64,000 nucleotides of DNA from positions 44,516,001-44,580,000 of the forward strand of contig NC_043000.1 of the NCBI RefSeq assembly GCF_006345805.1, read 5' to 3'. This document shows, piece by piece, positions 53,025 through 64,000 of this stretch. The notes under the pieces were generated by a model. That model did not search any database. It was not told the DNA's origin and saw only the letters and a program-made list of their open reading frames with translations. A program made the position numbers and the translations under genes. How positions within the stretch are numbered: the first letter of the stretch is position 1; each line of letters opens with the position of its first letter. This stretch comes from Octopus sinensis. Lineage: Eukaryota.

Positions 53025-53249
53025 TCACCTTTTTACTTTCAGTAATTTGACTGCGGCCATGCTGTAGCACCGCCTTTAGTCGAGCAAATCGATCCCAGGA
53101 CTTATTCTTTCTAGGCCTAGTACTTATTCTATCGGACTCTTTTTCCGAACCGCTAAGTTACAGGGACGTAAACACACTACCATCGGTTCTCAAGTGATGT
53201 TGGGGGCACAAACACAGACACACAAACATATACACATACATATATATAT

Positions 53250-53342
<93 letters not shown>

Positions 53343-53512
53343 ATATATACAACAGGTGTCTTTGCGTTTCTGTCTACCAAATCCACTCACAAGGCTCTGG
53401 TCAGCCTTTGGCTACAGTAGAAGACACTTGCCTAAAGTGTCACACAGTGGGAATGAACCCGGAACCATGTGGTTGGTAAGCAAGCTACTTACCCCACAGC
53501 CACTCCTGTGCC
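53025..53512 (-). mobile_element. SINE family B, full length, with an extra 5'-head fragment at about 53550-53612
   Basis: Homologous to 27285-27763. Confidence 0.9.
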
Positions 53513-54658
53513 TATTATTGGTTTCAAATTTTGGTAGAAGGTGCAATGCAGCGGGACTGAACCCGGAGCCTTGTGATGGGCGGGAAGCAAGCTACTTACC
53601 ACACAACCACTGCTAATCTTAGTAAAATAAACAGTTTCACTTATGTGATACCATTAATGAAATGAAACGATACAAAACATTTATCTACAAATGGCGTATT
53701 TGTTTTAAAGTACCTCTGTTTTGCTTTCGGTAGAAAATTTTAAAACCGTATAAATATGTGTGATGTACATTTATATCTATGCCTGCTAAAACACAAATCA
53801 CGGATTCGTTCCCATTTAAAAAAAAATCTAGTCAATTCACGAGCAATGCTATTTTGTCATGTTTCTTTTCTCATCATCATTTATCATGTTCTCTATTTAA
53901 TTTGTTTCTTGTCAATTTTTGTATTTGCTTTGATTTTTGTCATTTATTTTTCTTATTACCTGTCTCATGATTTCTTTTCCTGTTTCTGATTTATATTACT
54001 TTGAAACACAGTATTACTTTCCAATTTCCCGCAGGATATTACCGTACAGACATACATACAACTATAAGAATGTGTACATGTGAACAGGTACACACAAACG
54101 CATAAACCTTCACACATGCATAAATATTGTTGGGGTTAATATGTCGATTATTTGGGATAATGCCTGCTTCAAGGAAACCATATTATTGTGGCTTATATAA
54201 ATATATGCGAAAACGACAGTTGATGTCTAGTAGTACAAAATACCACATTTTTAATTTTGTGACCCATTTCTCGGACATCACTACAAATATATAGAAAATT
54301 AATGGAATCGCAGACAGATTTGTTTCATGAAACCGTCAATTCCACAACAAAATGTAAAAACAACTGTTTCAGTAAATTCCCTTATCCTGTTTAACGTGAA
54401 TATTTTCTACTTGACTGCTGAACTTGGTCAATATATGTAGAAAGTGTCCATAGCAAATTTCATCTACTTTCTACCTTCAAAATTATTTCTCCTGAATCTC
54501 AATTGTATCTGTTTTGCATTCTTATTTAGAAGTTTTTGCAATTATATTCCTGTATATTTTATATACTACGAATAAAACAGCTTTTATAATTTTACTTTGC
54601 TAATCTGGACTAGTACTGATTCGATCAACGAATTCATACACGCACACACACAGATACC

Positions 54659-54734
<76 letters not shown>

Positions 54735-54735
<1 letters not shown>

Positions 54736-55040
54736 GGTAAAGACCCCCTTCGGTCATGAGTGACCATGGGTTTGCACCTAGAGAGTTACCCTCTGAGGCA
54801 CAAGTCTGGGCAAGGTTGTTTTTATGGAAGACCAGTAGTCGTCCTTGCATACCGGCCTCCCCTCTCCACGCCACCAGTGTTATCCAAGGGAAAGACTAAG
54901 GTCGATACAGCTTGGCACCAGTGACGTCGCAACTCATTTCTACAGCTGAGTGAACTGGAGCAACGTGAAATAAAGTGCTTTGCTCAAGAACACAACACGC
55001 AGCCCGGTCCGGGATTCGAACTCACAACCACACGATCGTA
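54735..55040 (-). mobile_element. SINE family C, 5' end lost into a (TA)n tract
   Basis: Homologous to 33110-33448. Confidence 0.8.
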
Positions 55041-55077
55041 TATACATATATATATATACATATATATGTATATATAA

Positions 55078-55110
<33 letters not shown>

Positions 55111-55166
55111 CATATATATACATATATATGTATGTATATATAAATAAATATATATATATACATACA

Positions 55167-55197
<31 letters not shown>

Positions 55198-55682
55198 GCG
55201 CGCGTGTGTGTGTGTGTAGAAGTCGGGGTGTGTTGCGTTACCGTTACTTAATAAATGAAAAATGAAAAAATATAAGGTAAATAAAAAAATAACATAATGT
55301 ATACTGAGTGAGCAACCGGGCGTATGACACACAGTAGTGCCCTAATTCTTCATCTTTTATCAACCAAATGGTAATACTCACTTTCGCGTCATTAATGTTA
55401 AGACTGGAGATTTCCCATGATGGCGATGCCCGTGAAAGTTGCGGTACTGCGTTATACATTACCAGGAGAAGTTCCTAGATATGGGCGAACTTTCCTGAAA
55501 CTTATCATTTAAATATATATGAGCAAGTCTACATATGTAATTATATGCATGAGAATACATACATAATGCATACAAATCTGAACATACATACCTACAAACA
55601 TATATATATATATGTATGTATGTACATATGCATGCATGGATATATGTATGTACATACATATGCATATGTGTATATATAAATT

Positions 55683-58600
55683 CTTAAATCCTTAAAAATG
55701 TTCTAGTCCGAAGGCTGCGGCCATGCTGGGGCACCACCGCTGAATGAGCTACACTAATATTTGAATCCACCTCCGATATGTGGCACTTGCTCAACAAGGG
55801 AGTTCGATGCCGCATCTGTGTCTCCTGTCGTGAGGTAGGTTCATCTGGGACCCCCGACAAGAAGAGATCAGTTTAGTTTTAAAGAAACGCACATCCACAC
55901 CATACAAATCTCTCAGGCATTTAGGGAGGATGTTAAAGAGCTGTGGTCCTCTGAAACCCAAGCCGTTGCAGTATCTGGTCCTGTATTTTGATGATGATGT
56001 TGGAATCTTTGGCACTATGCAGTGGCGCCCCGTTCTGCGTTTGGGGTAACTTTGAATGCCAAAGTTTCGGACAAGACCTTACAGGATTTTCCAGATGTAT
56101 ATCACCGCATATCTCTCCCGCCTTCGCTCTAGGGCGAAGAGTTTTAATACTTTCAGTCTTTCCCAGTAGTTGATATGTTGCATTGAGACGATCTTCTCTG
56201 TGTAGCTTCTTTGAATTGCTTCGAGTTCTGCTGTTAGTTTTATATTGTGTGGTGACCATAGTTGGGAGCAGTAGTCCAACCCGTGAGGACGAAAGTTTTC
56301 CACAGGACCATTAGTGTCTCCTTCTCTCTTCTTCTGAAAGTTAGGAGAATCCATCCAGCTAGCCGTCTGCATTTTATCACCAGATTAGTAATATGCACTT
56401 GGAAAGATGCAATATTGCTCATGTCAATGCCCAGTCACGCACTGATTTTGACTCAGGGATTGCAATTCTTATCGGGTTAGTGTATCCAGTCTATATGTCG
56501 TTTACCTTTGTGTGCCGGTAGCGCAGGGCCTGGAACTTACCTGCATTAAACTGCATGTTGTTGTCCTCAGCCTACCTGTACATTGTATCCAACTCCTGTT
56601 GCAGATGTGCAATATTTCCAGGGTTTTGTATTGTGTGGGAGACTTTTGTGTCATCTGCATAGCTAGCAAGGGTGGCCATCTTAGCAACTGAGGGCATGTC
56701 TGAAAGGGCCACTATGAACAGCAGTGGCCCCAGACAGTGCCCTATGGATCACCGCTTGTTATTTGTGTTTCCTTGGAGGTGGCTCCATTGGTCACAACTG
56801 CGTGCCTTCTATCTTTTAGGTAGTTGTGCAGCCACTCTCCAAGTTTTCCGCGTATGCCGAGACCACGCCGTTTGTGACAAACATACCGTGGTCGACTTTA
56901 TCAAAGGCTTTTGCAAAGTCGAGATACATCACATCCACATTTGAGCCATTCAGTAGCTGTTTTAACACCCAGTCATTGTGTTGCAGGAGCTGTGTTAGGC
57001 AGCTTCTACCTGGTCGAAATCCATGCTGGGTGGGTGTCAGGAAGTAATTTTTTTCAAGGAACATGATTAGTTTCTTGCGGACTATTCGTTCCATGACTTT
57101 GCTGATGTGTGAGGTCAGAGAGATAAGCCTATCATTTTTACTATCTGCTCTGCTTCTTCCCTTATGGATAGGGCATATTACCCCCTCTTTCAATTTGACT
57201 GGGAGCTTACCACTTGCAAGAAAGCTCTGAAAAAGAAGCTGTAGCGGTTTTGCAAGGGCTCGTTTGCACGATTTGAGAAGGATCGTTGGAAATCCATCAG
57301 GTCGAGCAGCTGAGTTTGTGTCAATCTCATCTATGGCCAGTGTGATATCATATCTTCAATGTTGCTGTACTCAATTTCTGCCTCTTTGGCCGCACGTAAA
57401 GTGGCAAAGAATTCTTCTGGGTTGTTTACTTGCATGTGTCCTTGAGGTGTAGTGAACACACTTTGGAACTGTTCGTTTAGTATTTCACTTATCCTCGTGG
57501 GATTTCCTGTGACAGAGCCATTTTTTTGGAAGAGAGGTCCTATTCTCCGGTGCACTGTGGCTGTCTCTTTGGCAAACTTAAAGAAAGCTTTAGGGTTCGA
57601 CTTCATATTTTCTATTACCCAAGCTTCTTTATCTGTTCTCTCCTTTTCATGAGACTGATGCAGACTTTTCTCAATTTCCATTAGCATTCTCTCGAGCAGA
57701 GACTTCTCACCACTTTTGGTGTGCTTGCTCAGGTGGTTCGCAATCCTTGTCCGTCGTCTCATAAGAATCTTCCTTTCTTTTGGGATCCTGTTTTTGTTTT
57801 TGTGTGTGCTGGCCCTGCACACTGGGACATATTTGTCACATATGTCTTGTATTATGGACATGAAGCGTTTGTGTTTCATGTCAATGTCCGGTGTGGAGAG
57901 ACATTTAGGCCAATCTTGTTTGAGGATCTCTTTCTCGATCAACTTCCAATTTGCTTTATGAAAGTTTAAATTGGAGAGATTGTGGATGTTTCGTATAGGC
58001 TGTGTGTCTGCGGGGGATTTTGGTACATATATAGACAGCTCTATTATGTTGTGATCCGAGATCATTGTCGGCATCACTTTAACATTATGGATAATATCCA
58101 TATTGTTTGTTGTGAGGCAGAGATCCAGTATATTATCTGCCCTTGTTAGTTGCAGCACTATTTGCTCCATGAAATAGGCATTTGTGAGATGGAGCAGGGA
58201 CTCAGCCTGTGCCTGCTGATGGTGTGTCATCCCTGGGGCATCTGCCCCCCCCCCTCAGGCCATTCCACATTGGGGAAGTTAAAGTCACCCATGAAAAATA
58301 CACTGTTGTGTTGTTCCAGGTTGGTGAGAACTTCTATTTTTGTTAGGCAGTCTTCAAACATGCCTGTATGATTTGGGGCATCCAATGGGCGATATCTAGT
58401 ACATATGACGATATTCAGTTGTCTTATGTGTACAATTTGAGTGTCACACACTGAGTTTGAATATGATATCAGGACCAGAGGCGTGAGGTCATCTCGGATG
58501 TACATTGCAACTCCACCATGGCTCCTCCCTTTTCTATCTGAGCGTATGACAGCATATTGCGGTATGTGTATTTCTGCATCCCCTATATCGGGTCCAAGAT

Positions 58601-58895
58601 GCGTGTCTATGAGTGCCATGCATATAGCTTCATTGCATGTCACAAGGTCTCTCAGGAATGAGATTTTCCTTTTACAGTTGTCGCGCAGCAGCCCTCCTAC
58701 GTTCAGTAGAAATATTTTTGTGGTGTGTGTGTTGGTGTCTGTTCTGGCCATCCTGCATCTGCTGGTGGTGGCCTTATGTGGTGGTAGTTCCAGCTTTGTG
58801 CTTGTAGCCAGGTCAGCTGTTGAACAATTTTTGTGCCATGCACAAAAAAGATTGCTGTTCAGCTGCTGCCTTTCTCACATCTGGGTGAAGCTGGC
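55683..58895 (-). mobile_element. CR1-like LINE, near full-length ORF2 (APE 58227-58751, linker 57331-58230, RT about 56400-57193), frameshifted
   Basis: APE motifs SDRKGRSHGGVAMY, FMGDFNFP and ISDHNII; RT motifs QHGFRPGRSCLTQLL, YLDFAKAFDKVDH and SYADDTK; no ORF1 seen before the 5' (TA)n. Confidence 0.9.
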
Positions 58896-58956
<61 letters not shown>

Positions 58957-59059
58957 ATATATAATATATATATATATATATACATATATATACAGAGAGA
59001 GAGAGAGAGAGTGAGAGAGATCAGAAATATGAACTAGACAATGGCTGGGGAAAAGCGGT

Positions 59060-59479
59060 CTACTCAAAGTGTAAGCCCTCATCTTCTACTGCGGTCTGAA
59101 GCCGGCTCCAAAACATAGTACCTATGTCTGTGTCTCGGGGAAGATATTCAAATACCTTCTTGGTTTTGGCAACTAGAACGGCAGTGATGTGGCAGCATCG
59201 CAGACGAATCATTATCTTAGCACATTGATACCCGGCGCAAATTCTCATGATACAGGTAACTGATTCCAAATGCGCAAATGGATCCCATACCTCCATATCA
59301 TCTAACTTTTCCTCAACTAAAACCTTTTTATATTCTCATCAAGCCATTGGTGATATGAGGAAATACAGAATATCGTCAAATTCATCACCAACACCCTGTA
59401 TATAAATATTGACATGTACATCTACTGGAAAAATAAATAGTACCTGTATTTCAAAGGACCAATCTTTCCAAACGCTATA
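59060..59479 (-). pseudogene. Possible decayed coding segment of unknown origin
   Basis: 140-codon frame interrupted only by two adjacent TGA codons (59336-59341); non-repetitive, protein-like composition. Confidence 0.25.
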
Positions 59480-60044
59480 TCATGTTGAATCCCCTTAAGA
59501 AATACGTTAAAGGTGAAAATGTTTGCAGTCAGTTACTTGCACTTAAATTTCACGAACAGGCTGTTCTCTTTGATGGAATCATATAAACCCACATCGTCGC
59601 AACCGACGGAGTGCCACCATACATATCTCTATATATAAAACTGAAATGCGTTTTTACCGCTTGGTTCGCTTTCAATGCCACTACATCCCGTCCGATTCGC
59701 TCCAAAATTTACAGGGGCATGTAGAATGAGGTGACGATGCGCGTGGGCTACCTTAGAAATCCCTATCTTAAAAGCTGTGGTTGCTAGGGGCCATCTTCCT
59801 ACCTCACCCTATTTCCTCCAGTACTCTGTCACTCCTCTTCATTTGACAATGCAACTACCGTTATTTAATGTAAAGTCTTCCTCAAATCACTCTGTCGCTA
59901 TTTACTCTCTTCCAAGAACATTTTCACTCACTCTTATTTCTTACCTTCCTATACATTTTACTCATGTATCTATCAGCGTTCATAGACAGTAACAAATATT
60001 ACATCGCCATCCCCATCGCCATCGCATTCTATTGTCTACCTGTC

Positions 60045-60082
<38 letters not shown>

Positions 60083-60429
60083 TATATCTAATATTATATT
60101 TTTATGTTTTAGTTTTTTTACTGTTTCATTTCCCTGTTAGTGGTTTGATCTCTAATTTAATTTCTACAGTGCACACACACACACACACACACACACAACA
60201 CACACACACACACACACCTATATGTGGCCCCAGTAGACCCGAATGAAATCGGGTTCTCTTCATCAAAATGTGAAAAGGGGTCTAGAATTATCATCACCAC
60301 AACTTATGTTTTTCCTAATGATAATTATCATCGCCACCACCAACACACAATCATGACAATCTTTCTCTTAAAACAAATCATGTTTACATTGCAAAATATT
60401 TCATTTTCCCGTCCTCTCTTTCATATATG

Positions 60430-61290
60430 TGACCCAGGTTTGGGTGGCCGCACAGCTACAATTAAACAACGGCTAAAAACATTCGATGTTGATAATGCCT
60501 GGATCGTTCCATTCAACCCTTTGCTTTCCAAAACATTTAATGCACACATTAATGTTGAGTACTGCAGTTCGGTGAGATGCATACAATACCTCTGCAAGTA
60601 CATTAACAAGGGCGATGATATGGCCGTGTTTGTGTTCAGTGATGAAGACCTTAGACATGACGAAATTAAACAATTCGTTTGGGGTAGGTATGTATCCTCC
60701 AATTAAGCAGCGTGGCGCATTTTTGGATACGAGATTCATCTCAGCTCACCGTCAGTTTCCCACCTGAATGTTCATTTACAGAAGAGACATCTGGTTTACT
60801 TCACAGAGAAAAATGCACGTCAAGTCATTGAAAATCCAAAAGGGACTACGCTTACAGCATTTTTTAAATTGTGTTCAGTTGATGAGTTTGCTGCTACTCT
60901 CATTTACCCTGAAGTACCGGAATATTACACATACAACAACAATAATTGGAAGCGCAGGTCACATGGAACAGAACTTGACAATTAGCCCGGTGTTTCTAGG
61001 AAGAACGTCATTGGGCGTGTGTATAATATCCATCCTACCAAACAGGAAATCTTTTTGAGAATGCTACTTCATGTAGTTACTGGACCGAAGTCTTTTGCTG
61101 ATCTTCGCACGGTTGATGGTATCATCTGCGCCACTTACAGGAAAGCATGTTTGAGGCGCGGACTTCTTCTCAATGACGACCACTTACACAGGACATTAGC
61201 AGAGGCCTCAAATTGTAAACTGCCATGGCAAATGCGTCGATTGTTTTGTAGCATATTAATCCACTGTAATCCCAGCAACCCTCTTAACCT
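60430..61290 (+). pseudogene. Helitron Rep C-terminal part, with stops and frameshifts
   Basis: DNAWIVPFNPLLSKTFNAHINVEYC, QYLCKYINKGDD (motif 3), GRYVSSN*AAWRIF and FLRMLLHVVTGPKSFADLRTVDG. Confidence 0.9.
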
Positions 61291-62911
61291 TTGGAATCGT
61301 TCAGACAGAGCCTATCAAAGGACATACAGGCTAATTTAGCGCAACGTGATGGCAACGACGATGTTTATAATGAGGCATTAATCGACATGGACAGACACAT
61401 CAGACGCTATGTTATACGCGGTTTAAGTGAATTCCATCTGCCAACACCTGTCCATCATGAAGCGCCTTTGGATGTTGAATACATGTCAGAAAACAACTAC
61501 AACATTGCCGAATTGACGGAAACAATTACGCGAGATGAACCAAGACTTTTGCCTGAACAAAGAGAGATTTATAATGAAATTATTGACAGCGTTAGATTGA
61601 ACCAAGGAAAGCTTTTCTTTTTGAATGCTCCAGGTGGTACTGGTAAAACTTTCGTTATCAATTTGATTCTCGCAAAGCTGCGCGCTGAACGTCGATTTGC
61701 CATTGCATGTGCCTCAAGTGGTATTGCAGCGACAGTGCTTCAAGGCGGCCGTACGGCACATAGTGCATTCAAATTGCCCATGGACATTGGAAAGAAAGAT
61801 AATCCTATATGTAATATAGATCGTAGTTCCTCAAGAGCAAGACTTCTTCGTGAATGCAGTCTTTTTATTTGGGATGAGGCTACAATGAGTAATAAGGCCA
61901 TGTTTGAGGCTCTTGACAGAACTCTCCAAGATTTGCGTCAGAATACAAAAATAATGGGTGGAGCTACGTTTCTCATGGCAGGTGATTTTCGACAAACTCT
62001 TCCTGTTGTCCGAGCAGGCACTAGAGCTGATGAGGTTAATGCATGTATAAAGCATTCTTTTGTGTGGCACAGTGTTATCAGTCGCCATCTTCAAACAAAC
62101 ATGACAGTCCACCTACATGGTGATGTGGAGTCTGAGGCTTTCGCAAAACACCTATTAGATCTTGGTGATGGAGTTTTGCCTTTCGTTGATGATGAGCATA
62201 TTCGGTTGCCTTTTGGGAATTTCGTTCCAAATGTAGAAGAACTTATAAGAGCCGTTTTACCTGACGAAGAAACCAACTTCCAGGATCTCGATTGGCTAAG
62301 AGCAAGAGCTATTCTATCGCCTCATAATACAACAGCTCATGCTACAAATAAACAAGTACTTGATATGAATCCTGGTGAGATAGTTTCTTTCATGTCCATC
62401 GATACAAATAAATATGAGAATGATGCAGTCAAATATCCACCCGAGCTACTCAACAAGCTAACACCTCCGGAACTTCCACCTCATCATTTGTGTTTGAAAG
62501 TTGGTGCTCCAATCATGGTGCTCAGAAATATGGAAACGTCTGAAATATGCAATGGAACCCGAATGGTTATTAGGAGGATTCAAAGCCATGTTATAACTGC
62601 TGAAATTTTGAGTGACCATTTGTAGGAACAATCAAAATGATACATAAAATGAGTATTTCACCCTCTGATGTTCCCATTCAGTTTAAACGCTTTCAATTTC
62701 CAATAAACTATGCTTCACGATGACAATCAACAAGTCACAGGGACAATCACTGGACATTGTAGGCATTAACCTGTCACAACCGGTTTTCAGTCATGGTCAA
62801 TTGTACGTAGCCTGTTCTCGAGTTGGAAATCCACATAAACTCTTCATTCTTGGCAATCATGAGCGCACAAGGAACGTGGTTTATCAGGAGGCTCTGACGA
62901 AAGAAAACTGA
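61291..62911 (+). pseudogene. Helitron PIF1-family DNA helicase domain (444-aa open frame plus frameshifted C-terminus)
   Basis: Walker A APGGTGKT, GGRTAHSAFK, IWDEATM, AGDFRQTLPVV, CNGTRM, MTINKSQGQSL and HGQLYVACSRV. Confidence 0.92.
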
Positions 62912-63881
62912 TTGTAAGTCATGAAATTTTGCTTGATTTTTTATTTTGCACCTCTTCATTATCTCTTCATTCTTGAAAATAAAGACATTAAAAAGAACAT
63001 GGTTCATAAAGAACATTGGGTTCAGATGTTTTCAAACATTTGATCCAACTCATTCTCTTTATTCCTCATTTTCCGATTCCTTCTACGTCTCCATTAAACG
63101 GTTTTGTCAAGTTATTGTTTCTTCGCTAACATAAGACATTCATAAAGTGAATGAGTTGTTAATTACATTTTATACACTATTCCATTGTTTAGGTGGTGTC
63201 GAAAGGACTGGCATGTGTCACCATATAAACTCTCTCAGTCAAACTCCCAACTCATGAGTTCACATCGTGATACTCTTTCTACAAAACTGAGCTGGGTGTG
63301 AATTCTAATTTCATTCACTATAACAGATTTTTTTAATTTTTGAAACAAACACATTGCCTCTTTCGTTTTAAAACAATAAAACAATACTACCTTAATACAT
63401 TGGTCCAACAAACAAAACATCCAACACTCTCATTCTTTTATGTATCTGTCTTCCTTCATCACTCACTCACTTTTCTCCCTTCCGTTCACATTCTATCTAT
63501 AACGTCGTTTCACAGCGTCTACCTCCCTTACATTCACTTTCTCTTTATAACGTCGTTTCACAGCGTCCGTTATCCCCCTCCCTGCCTTCCACAGCGCTTT
63601 CACACACTCTCGCTCTCCACGTCTGTGTGCATTCATAGAGAGAATTATCATCGCCACAACCACCACTCAATCATGACAACAAATATTATGAATCAGATAT
63701 TTATTGGGTTAATTTATATATGTGTTTGTGTATCTATATATAAATATGTATATATAATAATCTTTATATATACAAAGTGCATATATCTGTATTTACATAT
63801 ATATATATAATTTGTATACATTTATATATATATACCACACACTTACCCGCGCGTAGACCGGGTCACCTTCAGCTAGTATAT

Positions 63882-63946
<65 letters not shown>

Positions 63947-64000
63947 GATCATTAAAAGCCACTAACAACCGAAATCACTAAAAGGCAAAATTATTTTCTA

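Larger units (their letters stand above)
59626..63876 (+). mobile_element. Helitron, both termini present, Rep N-terminus deleted (4251 bp)
   Basis: 5' A|TCTCTATATATAAAA at 59626; 3' hairpin cccgcgcgtagaccggg plus CTAG|T at 63873-63876; RepHel remnants inside. Confidence 0.85.

Overview
AT-rich, microsatellite-dense eukaryotic (animal) genomic DNA. The SINE families and repeat landscape look like a cephalopod, most likely Octopus; this is inferred from recognition and no search was run. No intact host gene could be identified. Nearly all ORFs in the supplied track are translations of (TA)n/(CA)n/(GAT)n repeats or of decayed transposons. The window is dominated by mobile elements: three tRNA-derived SINE families, an RTE-clade LINE fragment, three CR1-like LINEs and several Penelope-like element (PLE) RT and GIY-YIG fragments. 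It also holds a 4.25-kb Helitron with both termini (Rep remnant plus PIF1 helicase) and a composite non-autonomous Helitron carrying a piggyBac-like 5' end. The most notable structure not explained by the ORF track is a set of type I hammerhead-ribozyme motifs, one with a fully intact core at 22059-22138 (-). Several sit in near-perfect foldback palindromes or direct repeats between (TA)n tracts, clustered at 21.2-23.4 kb. A few candidate minus-strand host exons (7941-8126, 14426-14674) are low-confidence. Repeat boundaries were read by eye and are approximate unless termini are quoted.
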